Of a stretch of DNA of 64,000 nt, positions 41,203-51,212 are shown in pieces. This DNA is from Octopus sinensis (Eukaryota): the NCBI RefSeq assembly GCF_006345805.1, contig NC_043002.1, forward strand, positions 112,902,001 through 112,966,000, written 5' to 3'. The notes beneath the pieces are model-generated. The model saw nothing but the letters and a program-made list of their open reading frames with translations. It searched no databases and was not told the DNA's origin. Position 1 is the first letter of the stretch; each line of letters starts with the position of its first letter. Both the position numbers and the translations under genes were made by a program.

Positions 41203-41496
41203 TATATTTACATTGTTTTGAATTAATCATGCATAATCTCGTAGCTTCAGGATATTGATACGACAGTTTATTTTTAAAATGACATTGCAGTGTAGATGCG
41301 AGAGGCCAGATTTGGTCAATTTGAGCATAAAACAGGTAGAATATTTTGACTGGGTGTGACCAATTTAGATGCTAATGGGCTAATCATATTATGTGACATT
41401 GAAGACTTCATAATAATATTGATAAGAGAAATTTTGGTAAAATTTCTTCAATTGAATATTGAGTCATGGTCTCTAGGGTAAAATGAATTAACTTGT

Positions 41497-41568
41497 CTTC
41501 CCGGTAGAGAATCGAACCCCAGTCTCTCACATAACAGGTGAGTATATTTCCCACTACATTACCGAGGA
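41497..41568 (-). pseudogene. tRNA-Asp pseudogene with CpG decay
   Basis: 72-nt reverse complement TCCTCGGTAATGTAGTGGGAAATATACTCACCTGTTATGTGAGAGACTGGGGTTCGATTCTCTACCGGGAAG; anticodon GTC changed to GTT. Confidence 0.8.
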
Positions 41569-41620
41569 CTGGCTTACAGAGAAATCTAATTTACTATAGA
41601 TAACAATTTGTCACTCGTTT

Positions 41621-42005
41621 GGGAAGCACTCCGTCGGTTACGACGACGAGGGTTCCAGTTGATCCGAAGCAACGGAACAGCCTGCTCGTGAAATTAACGT
41701 GTAAGTGGCTGAGCACCCCACAGACACGTGTACCCTTAACGTAGTTCTCGGGGATATTCAGCATGACACAGAGAGTGACAAGGCCGGCCCTTTGAAATAC
41801 GGGTACAACAGAAACAGGAAGTAAGAGCGAGAGAAAGTTGTGATGAAAGAGTACAGCAGGGATCACCACCATCCCCTGCCGGAGCCTCGTGGAGCTTTAG
41901 GTGTTTTCGCTCAATAAACACTCACAACGCCCGGTCTGGGAATCGAAACCACGATCCTATGACCGCGAGTCCGCTGCCCTAACCACTGGGCCATTGCGCC
42001 TCCAC
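41621..42005 (-). mobile_element. SINE family C
   Basis: 12-bp TSD TGTCACTCGTTT at 41609-41620 and 42006-42017. Confidence 0.95.
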
Positions 42006-42345
42006 TGTCACTCGTTATTTATTATATGTATTTCTTTTCATGTAAAACTAAATTGTTTTTTGTTTCATTCTTGCCAGAATTAGTCATTTAGAAAATTATT
42101 GTTTTCGTCATAACAGCATTGATTTTGTACTGGTGATGGTGGTTGTTGTGACTGTTGTTGTTGTTGTTGTTAATCGTCGTCGTCGTGGTGGTGATGATGG
42201 TGAAAGTGTTAGAAGTCATTGTAATACTTGTCGTTGTGGTGTGACGTAACTTGCGGAATGTCAGCCGCTTCCCACCCCCCACCCGCCAGAATGCGTAAAA
42301 CCTTGTTAATGATTCGTTATCAGAAATGTTTAAACAGAAATTATA

Positions 42346-42785
42346 AGGCGCAGGAGTGGCTGTGTGGTAAGTAGCTTGCTAACCAACCACATGGTTCCGG
42401 GTTCAGTCCCACTGCGTGGCATCTCGGGCAAGTGTCTTCTGCTATAGCCTCGGGCCGACCAATGCCTTGTGAGTGGATTTGGTAGACGGAAACTGAAAGA
42501 AGCCTGTCGTATATATGTATATATATATATGTATAAGTGTGTGTATATGTTTGTGTGTCTGAGGACGAACATAGTCATTGTGTCGGTGTTTGTCCCCACC
42601 ACCACTTGACAACCGGTGTTGGTGTATTTACGTCCCCGTAATTTAATGGTTCAATGAAAGAGATCGATAGGACAAGTACAAGGCTTTAAAAAAAGCAGAG
42701 GTCAATTCGTTCGACTAAAATCCTTGGAGGCGGTGCCCCAGCATGGCCGCACTCAAATGACCGAAACAAGTAAAAGATAAAAGAT
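42346..42785 (+). mobile_element. SINE family A 5' half joined to an older-type 3' half
   Basis: Young-type head, diverged 3' module. Confidence 0.8.
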
Positions 42786-43102
42786 TCAGTAAGGTCTCCA
42801 TGCGGTGGTGAAAATCTTACAGTACTTAACATGAGCTATACAATTATTAGAAAAAAAGAACTCTCTCTAGAATTGTTTAGGAATTCATCTCATTACTTCA
42901 GTACAAAGTCGTAATGTAATACAATCCAATACGGAATCGAAACAAGATCTTTGGCTTAAGCTCAATGTTGTGTGTTTATAAAACACTGAAACATAATCTA
43001 AGAGACTGACGTGTGAAAAAGCACGGCTTTCCCGATGTAGCGGGCGGTGATACTAACTGCAGTACTGCCAGGGAGATGGGTTTAACGCTATTTAATTATT
43101 AG

Positions 43103-43179
43103 GTCCTGCAATTCGCATCAGTTCACGCGGATAGCCGCGCTCTTCATCGACGAGCCGAGTGATCCCCCGTCCAGGGTTT
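43103..43179 (-). pseudogene. 5' half of 5.8S rRNA (dispersed fragment)
   Basis: Reverse complement AACCCTGGACGGGGGATCACTCGGCTCGTCGATGAAGAGCGCGGCTATCCGCGTGAACTGATGCGAATTGCAGGAC matches conserved 5.8S 5' motifs. Confidence 0.9.
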
Positions 43180-43444
43180 CGGTATTTGCTACTACACACT
43201 ACACGTACTGAAGGAAAGCGAGGAGGAGGCCGCCGCGCGACGGAAAAATTAGAAGGCGTCGACAGCGGAACAAAGCGCGCCACTGCCGAAGCCAACGGCG
43301 AGGTAGGAAGGAAGAGAGAATGGTCATGGAGCTCGCAAAGCGTGCAAGCACCGTCGTCCGAGCGCCATGTGGGCGGGCCGGCGCCGGCAGGTGGTTGCGC
43401 GGTCGGCAGCAGAAGCAGGAAAAAGTGCGGCAAATTGGCGGGCT
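43180..43444 (-). other. Putative ITS1 3' part co-inserted with the 5.8S fragment
   Basis: GC/CpG-rich, directly upstream of 5.8S, enclosed by the 19-bp TSD GCTATTTAATTATTAGGTC (43087-43105, 43445-43463). Confidence 0.75.
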
Positions 43445-43649
43445 GCTATTTAATTATTAGGTCTTTCATTAAAGATTACAATTTCTTTTCATTGTAGATG
43501 TAAATTCTAAAACCTAGTCTGTGGGAGAGAAAACAGTTACCAATGAAATTTAAAAACGTCCCCTAAAATTTGTTTTTAAAATCCTATAGTCAACAGATAA
43601 AACTCAGATTATAAAATAATCAAGTTTTCTCAATAACTGTATTTTACTT

Positions 43650-44999
43650 CACTGTATTTGTAGACCACAATAATTCCTCTTCTTCTTCTCTTGTTCCTCT
43701 TGAAAGTGTAAATAGTTTGTAATTATATTTCTGCTTACAGCACCTTCTTTCAAGTCCTTGGTTAATTTTCCCCTGCTTTCCATCTTATGCATTCTATATG
43801 ATTTTTATTAACAAATTACTTTGCAAGGAATCTATATTTTACAGCTTCTGCTTTTGAAGATTGACACAGTTAATTAGCCAGAATGTTCTTCCTCTGTCCG
43901 CCGGCGTATGTGGCCAAATAGTTAAATTGCTCATAAAATTGGATAACAAATCATGTTTCCAATTATGAGGTTTATCTTTTGTGTCTTTTAACTTGTACAG
44001 TTAGTCAAGAATATTTCTTTTAGAGTTTGGTAAGCTGTCTGCTAGAAAATGATAACACTTACATTGATCCTCAACATCATTTAGACAGTTTTTTGCCAAA
44101 AAAGACAGAAAAAGAACAGCTAGTGGAATGATACATGTAAAAGATATGCAAAAATCATAAGCTGTCTTTGGTTCCATTACGTTTAGTTCAGCAATAATTC
44201 CACCAGCTGTAATAGGAAACATTTTTTTATTATTATTTAAATATTAAATTCCACTCGAAATTTCTCACAGTCAATTTTGAAATTTCCAACACTGATTTCA
44301 TTATTAACCAAGTCGTCAATTGAATGTGCTGTTGCCTTTCCTCTGTATAGACAACGTTTATGTTTCTGTAGTGACATTCATTGCTTGGATAAATTTCTCA
44401 TAATTTAACGCTCTTCAATAATTCATTTTTATAAGAGACTCAAGAGCTTTTTTTATATTTTGATGATACCATTCGATATAGAAGATGTAATCTGAAATAC
44501 CCAAATTGAAATTTTACATTCAGCAAATTCACTTTCTACAGAAACACACTAAAGGGAAGGTTGCATATGCTGGTTTCGCAATTGCTTCATATAAACTCAC
44601 TTGATGTCATCAACTTTGCCAGCTTTCGATTTGAAAATAGAGCCTCACATTATTCCAGTGTCACCGTAATAACGATATCTCAAAAAACCAACTTTGCTTG
44701 TGCAAATATTTGCAAGCTAACTGACACAACCGTTCCTTAAGTGTGAAGTTCTACGATCTGTTGCTTCTGCGAGAAAAATAATATTTCTTTCTTTCTTTCT
44801 TTTACTTGTTTCAGTCATTTGACTGCGGCCATGCTGGAGCACCACCTTTAGTCGAGCGAATCGACCCTGGGACTTATCCTTTGTAACCCCCATTACTTAT
44901 TCTATCGGTCTCTTTTTGCCGAACCGCTAAGTGACGGGGACGTAAACACACCAGCATCGGTTGTCAAGCAATGCTAGGGGGACAAACGCAGACACACAA

Positions 45000-45030
<31 letters not shown>

Positions 45031-45960
45031 CATATATACGACAGGCTTCTTTCAGTTTCCGTCTACCAAATCCACTCACAAGACATTGGTCGGCCCGGTG
45101 CTATAGCAGAAGACACTTGCCCAAGATGCCACGCAGTGGGACTGAACCCGGAACTATGTGGTTGGTTAGCAAGCTACTTACCACACAGCCACTCCTGCGC
45201 CTATATATATTAATATATTAAGTATTTTCAAGAAAGCATCCAAATATGAGGGAAATAAACTTACAAATGACTAGCACAGAAAAGCGACAATAAAAACAAA
45301 GGGTAGTAATTTCTAAATTCCAGTTTTATGGGCACATCAAGTTGCTGAAGAACAGCTATAGTTTTTAAAGGAAAATTTTTATCTAGCGAAATGATAATAA
45401 TATCTAACAGTGCATCTACACCATAGTTATTTAAGCCAAAGTATTCTGCAATTATAGCTAGAATTTTGGGTAACTGAAATCTCAGTATTCTCATCAATTA
45501 TGATAGAAAACTTTTGTATCTTGTGACTATTTTCCACGAAAGGCTCTTCTGTTCTCAATGATATACGAAAGCTTTGCTCTTCTCATTCATGAGTTTTCAA
45601 CAATCTTACTATCCGGAAACTCTCTCTTACATACTGTCAGAGAGATGATTAATGTTTACAAAGGGAATGCTATTATCAGTAAAATAGCTAGCAATAAGCA
45701 GTTCACTTATAGCTAATTGTCCTTTTCTCCCTAAACTTCTTTTGCATCATAAATTTCATATGAACACTAGATTTAGACACATCAAAACATTTCTTACACT
45801 TTGTAGAGGTTTTGGTTTTCATCAGCAACATTACAGCGTTTGTAGTAGCTAACTTCTTGGCAATTTTTATCCTATTGAAGTAACTCCTTAAATGTAGCAT
45901 CAGGCAGGAACTGTTCCTTGAATGAGAGCACACACCACTTCCTTTTTGAGGAACTGTCAC
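43650..45960 (-). mobile_element. hAT-like transposase relic, interrupted by a SINE A
   Basis: KFSIIIDENTEISVTQ/ILAIIAEYF near 45440-45510 resembles the first catalytic-Asp block of hAT transposases; boundaries approximate. Confidence 0.55.
44795..45202 (-). mobile_element. SINE family A
   Basis: Full-length reverse-complement match. Confidence 0.92.
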
Positions 45961-45994
45961 CTCATCCTTCATTATGCAGAAGGAAAATATATAA

Positions 45995-46150
45995 ATGGAT
46001 GGAAGCACTCCGTTGGTTACGACGACGAGGGTTCCGGTTGATCCGAATCAACGGAACAGCCTGCTCGTGAAATTAACGTGTAAGTGGCTGAGCACTCCAC
46101 AGACACGTGTACCCTTAACGTAGTTCTCGAGGATATTCAGCGTGACACAG
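45995..46150 (-). mobile_element. SINE family C, 5'-truncated
   Basis: Only the 3' ~155 nt is present. Confidence 0.9.
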
Positions 46151-47227
46151 CAAAGATGAACTGACCGAAAAAATTGGATCACTCAATAGTCAATTGGTAC
46201 AAAACAGCAAACAGCTACTGCACGACAACTGAATATGCATCATACAAAATTCTGTTTAGGTAACGATTAATCTATCAAAAGTCTATTTGAAGATAATTAC
46301 AAATTTTTGAAGCAATTTTAAACACATTTTGTCATGTAAACTATTTTCGAAAATTTGAATCATGAAAAAATTATTAACTATTTTCAAAATATAAACGCAC
46401 CAGTAGTATAACCCGGCGTTGTCCGCGATTAAATTAAGATTATTAAGTTAATCAAGTGCTTTGTTTCAAACGAAACCGACGTCAAATTTGAACGAAATCC
46501 ATTGAAATTGGTAAACGTTTGGCTGAAAAGGGGTTGCTTGATTGGGAAATCTCATAAGAAATCGGTTTATCGATTTTTCCACTCATCAATTGCTTTTTTT
46601 TTTTTTGTGGAGAACTTAAAGCATTCAAAGATCCCATGAATCCTGAGTAACGCCGCCATCAAGTTTGAACAAAATACGTCAAAATTGGTAAAAAGTTATG
46701 GTTGAAAATGTGGTGTAGCCAATTTTAGTGGGAAATCATATAAGGAATCGGTTTATTGATTTTTCATCCTGATTGAATGGAAAACCCCATAAGGGATCAG
46801 TTTATTGGTTTTTCATCCCAAATAGAACTTAACCGAATACAACATTGCTGATTCAAAAAATCTATATTTATACTTTGAAGTTGGTTTTCACACTCAACCG
46901 AGTTTTGCAGAATCAGTGTCGTGACGGGAACGAATGGGTTGGGAGTTTGACTGGCAGAGGTGATCAGTTGCACATGCCGGCCCTTTCGAACCCCACTCCC
47001 ATCATCTAACCCCCCTTGGTCCATGTGTTGGGAACCCATCCGGCAAGGAAAATAGAACACCCAAAAGGGCTCCCAATTCTCTGTGTCAGAAGAGGTTGTG
47101 TTCAGATCACAACTAACCCTTAACCTAAGCCTAATCTAATCTATCGAAAGGGGGCTCGGAAGCCTCTAAAAGGCAGCGACTAATCCTGATCTAGTCCTAA
47201 CTCCTCCTAGGGGTACTATCGGTCAAG

Positions 47228-47435
47228 GCTGCATCGAAGATATGCATTGGAGAAGGTTGCCTCGGAGATATGCATCGAAGATCTGCATTGGAGAAGGTTG
47301 CATCGAAGGTCTGCACTCGATAAAGATGCCTCGAAGGTTTGCATTGGAGATCTGCAATGAATAGGGTTAACTCAAAGATTTGGATTGGATGAGGTTGCAT
47401 TAGAGAAGGTTGATTCGAAGGTCTGCATTGGGGAT
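47228..47435. repeat. Degenerate minisatellite (units such as TGCATCGAAGATC and TGCATTGGAGAAGGT)
   Basis: Direct reading. Confidence 0.85.
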
Positions 47436-47708
47436 CCGGATTGGAGTAACTTGGGAAAATTTACCAACAGCATTAAGAAAAAAAACAAGGTGCCTGGCCC
47501 TTCTAGCCTAACTCTATGAGTAACTTAGCCAAGCACTGATATTGGTCTGGTGAGCATTGTTGTCGGAGAAGTCAGCATTATCCAATAAAGAATAGGAAGA
47601 GTCCATGAATCATGTTGCCATGATTTGAGAATATGTGCGGCCAATGCTTCCGGATCACCTGTTTTTAACTACATAGGCTGCAATGATGACTTGTTCTTCT
47701 TTCTATGT

Positions 47709-48080
47709 CTATAAAACATCGCTATAGAAAACATTGCGTGTTCTGTCCTCAGGAGCATACACAAAAAGAGCGTCTTTACTCCCCACACGGGAGCAGGCCA
47801 CATGAAGTTGCCCGTGTGAAAAGCACGGCTCCCCCAAATGCGTGCCCACCACCGATAGTGTTTGGCCTTGGGATTTGTTGATGGACATGGCGAAGCATGG
47901 CCTCACCGGGAACTTCGATCTGCAGAAGTTAAATGGCATGTCTGACCCCGAAGATAAAGGTGCATCCTTGAAATGAAAACATTTCCCCCCTTCCGCATCC
48001 CGTAACGATGGTGGCCTCAATAAAGTGGAGCGTCAGGGACTTGACTACCAAGTGAGTCCTGTTGCACTGCTTCGGCAGGT
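47709..48080 (-). pseudogene. Helitron RepHel helicase C-terminal fragment
   Basis: PKQCNRTHLVVKSL..IEATIVTGCG, frameshift, then DMPFNFCRSKFPVRPCFAMSINKSQGQTL..HGQLHVACSRVG. Confidence 0.9.
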
Positions 48081-48506
48081 AAAGCGAATTTTTCTCCATC
48101 TCCTTACTGAATTCTACAAATTACTCAGTTCTGACAAGTATTCTCTGAATGGGTTTCTTACATATTTGGGAATAGAAGTTGAATAATATGGAAGAATGAA
48201 TGACATTAAAACGGAGCATGTCAGTTCTTCAAGCAACGATGTCCAACACACAGTTATAAAGAACAAATAAATATCAGAAGACGCCGGAAGTCCTAACAAA
48301 ACTGACAGTAATGAGTCGAACGAATTACATCATAGTTTCCTTGATGAAACGGGAGCTGAGTAATTACCAATAGCAGCAACATTAGCCACAGCAAAAACAA
48401 CATTGGCATGCGAGGGCGTAGAGATTTGCAAGGGGAATGCACTTTGTTTAATGAAGAACTAGATACATCGACAGTGAAGTGCAACGACTGCATTGCTTTT
48501 CATCAT

Positions 48507-48797
48507 TAACAGGATATACAGAGGTGATGCAGTACGATCGTGCGGTACCCTATATATACTTAATATAGCGGTCTATTTGGCCGAACCACAAATGCTACAA
48601 GGACGTAAATAGAACAACATCGGTTGTCAAACGGTGATGGATAGACAAATACACATACACACACACACACACACAATTTCAAATAAGAGGATTGAGAGGT
48701 TTTAGTTAAAATTATACAAATGTGTTCGACTGGCCCACCTCAATCTAGTAGATGGTATCACGATGCAAATGTGCGTGCGTGTGTATTGCTTGTGTGA

Positions 48798-48837
<40 letters not shown>

Positions 48838-49118
48838 TTGTCTATCCATCACCGTTTGACAACCGATGTTGTTCTATTTACGTCCCTGTAGCATTTGTGG
48901 TTCGGCCAAATAGACCGCTATATTAAGTTCTAGGCTTCAAAAATAAGTGCTCGTGTCGATTTATTCGATTTGTTCGACTAAAACCTCTCCTGCATGGACC
49001 CAGTCAAATGACTGAAACAAGAAAAAAGAATATATCGATATATATGTATATATATATATATATGTATGTATGTATGTATATATGCATGTATGTATGTATG
49101 TATGTATATCTTTATATA

Positions 49119-49152
<34 letters not shown>

Positions 49153-49362
49153 AATAAGCAAAATAAATCCGTACAGTTTCAAATAAGAGGATTTAGAGGT
49201 TTTAGTTAAAATTATACAAATGTGTTCGACTGATTGAATAAATTCTATTTATTGATGCAGCTGAGGAGAGCTCTACATTTACATTGATGCAATGATTGTA
49301 TTGTTCAGTTAAATGGAGTCGCTTGAAACGATCGTACTGCATCACCTCTGTATATCCTGTTA
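48507..49362. repeat. Complex rearranged locus bounded by a perfect 35-bp inverted repeat
   Basis: 48507-48541 vs 49328-49362; inner inverted SINE segment ~48559-48660 vs ~48830-48927; direct repeat 48677-48732 vs 49177-49232. Confidence 0.9.
49253..49344 (+). ncRNA. Type I hammerhead ribozyme candidate with canonical core
   Basis: UGAUGCAG-CUGAGGA-GAGC..GCUU-GAAA-CGAUCG-UA-CUGCAUCA: 8-bp stem I, palindromic stem III, GUA triplet. Confidence 0.75.
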
Positions 49363-49365
49363 CAT

Positions 49366-49419
<54 letters not shown>

Positions 49420-49423
<4 letters not shown>

Positions 49424-49640
49424 ATCCAAACAAGAAAACACAAAAAACAAAAAAAAAACAACAACGCGAGACGTGGAACAAAACAAGTATTATTGGACGC
49501 TCAGGAAAGAAGAGAACAAGGAGGATTTAACGTTTCGAGCGGAGCTCTTCGTCGGAAACATAGGAGAAGGAAAGATCCCGAGAAGGGAAGACAGAGGGAA
49601 AAAAATCGCCAGCGGTACTCACGAGGTCACATATTGAAAG
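49420..49640 (-). mobile_element. Penelope-like terminal (pLTR-type) fragment between (TA)n arrays
   Basis: Contains hammerhead-like CCGACGA-A-GAGC-UCC-GCUC-GAAA-CGUU at 49525-49559; related copy at 58820-59010. Confidence 0.6.
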
Positions 49641-49649
49641 ACAATATAT

Positions 49650-49700
<51 letters not shown>

Positions 49701-49979
49701 TATATATATTATATATATATATATATATCGCAAATATTACGTGATTTTTCAATCAGAATTTTCGCGTCAACTGGCGTTACATATAGAGATGCAAAGGAAG
49801 CAATTGTAGCTTATATTAAAAATGTTAAAGAATTTTCTTTGTTTTCTTTACTTTGTATATATGTGTGTGTATGTATGTATGTATGTATGTATGTATGTAT
49901 GTATGTATGTATGTTGTATGCATGTATGTATGTTTGTATGCATGTATGTATGTGTGTATATATATGTGTATATATATAT

Positions 49980-50042
<63 letters not shown>

Positions 50043-50085
50043 CGAAAGAAGGTTTGAAAATGCAATTTAAAAGATGTTTATTTAC

Positions 50086-50503
50086 TTAGATTTTGTTGAT
50101 GCAACAGAAACCAGCAAAAAGAAAGGCGGCCACCCAACCTGTGGCTGGGTTCTTGTATCTCACACCCCAAATGGAACCAGCAACGAAACCACCGACAGCA
50201 TGGTTTGGTGGGACATCTTTCTTTCTGATATTTGGCCACAATTCCTGTTATAGCTGGGTAGGCAGCACCTATGGCAGCCAGTGGAGCAGACAAGCCGACA
50301 ACCTTCAATCCAATATTAGTTGGTGTAAAGTGAGTCAACGTCCTCAGGGAATCCAACACTCCAAAGCCCGCACCGACATAAGCACCAAAGGCACTGCTCT
50401 GCAGGCATTTCTTCAGTATATCATCACCGTCAGGTGTGGAGAAGAGATCTGGCGCAAGGCTTCTCTTGAATACAATCCTGTCTTCACCCGATTCAAACGG
50501 CAT
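50086..50503 (-). pseudogene. NDUFA11: Processed pseudogene of complex I subunit NDUFA11 (B14.7, Tim17 family)
   Basis: MPFESG..DLFSTPDGDDILKKC..; correcting a 1-nt insertion at ~50232 gives VANIRKKDVPPNHAVGGFVAGSIWGVRYKNPATGWVAAFLFAGFCCINKI, aligning to human [52 protein letters not shown]; uninterrupted. Confidence 0.8.
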
Positions 50504-50711
50504 TTTGAGGAGTTTCACGGGTTCGGTCCCCGCTTCCGAAGGACGAGTGTTGATGACCTTCTTTCACTTTAACCACTTTGCTGGTTTCTGTTGTATCAAC
50601 AAAATCAAAGTAAATAAACATCTTTTAAATTGCATTTTCAAACCTTCTTTCGTATGTAATTCCACTCGTGCGGTACCCTACAACTCCACTTTGTTATATA
50701 TATATATATAC

Positions 50712-50802
<91 letters not shown>

Positions 50803-50813
50803 ATATACACACA

Positions 50814-50862
<49 letters not shown>

Positions 50863-50966
50863 TTTAAATGTAGGGATAAGCAAGTTAGACGGTCAATATA
50901 TAAAAGTATATTAAATATATGAAATCGAAAATCTGTATATATGTTTATATACAAAATGTCCGAGTT

Positions 50967-51212
50967 ATACAGAATAGAAATGATATCGGGAATTAAAGGG
51001 GTTGAAAAAATGTATCATAAATCCAACAGCTGTTTCTGGGGACTCTGCGGTCCAAAATAATGTTTGTAGATTGATTCCATCAAAGGATGAGAGGAGCTTA
51101 TGTCTTCAAGAAAAAGATCTTACATTTGAGGTGTTGAAAGAAACAGTTGTTGGATTTATATCACTTTTCTTCAAACCCTTTAATTTTCAATATCATTTCT
51201 ATTCTGTGTAAG
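50967..51212. mobile_element. MITE-like element with ~70-bp imperfect inverted ends
   Basis: TACAGAATAGAAATGATAT... vs ...ATATCATTTCTATTCTGTGTA. Confidence 0.6.

Larger units (their letters stand above)
40871..41382. mobile_element. MITE with TTAA-CCCTTTAG-type termini (piggyBac-like), interrupted by an insert
   Basis: Left TTAACCCTTTAG, right CTAATGGGCTAA; uninterrupted relative at 24711-24920. Confidence 0.65.
46400..48090 (-). mobile_element. Helitron relic: PIF1-type helicase C-terminus, internal tandem repeats and 3' terminus
   Basis: 3' end GGACAACGCCGGGTTATACTACTGG|T at 46400-46428; helicase ORF at 47709-48080; continuity between them is inferred. Confidence 0.7.

Noticed and set aside
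43092-43497. Two overlapping ~112-aa GC-rich ORFs, or a CpG-island promoter
   Set aside because: The sequence is the ITS1/5.8S insert; open frames follow from its GC content.
47110-47142. Telomere-like CTAACCCT/TAACCTAA
   Set aside because: Only a few degenerate units.
47228-47435. Minisatellite or multicopy SINEs as a CRISPR-like array
   Set aside because: No unique spacers, no cas genes, eukaryotic context.
50093-50572. 159-aa plus-strand ORF
   Set aside because: Antisense shadow of the NDUFA11 pseudogene.
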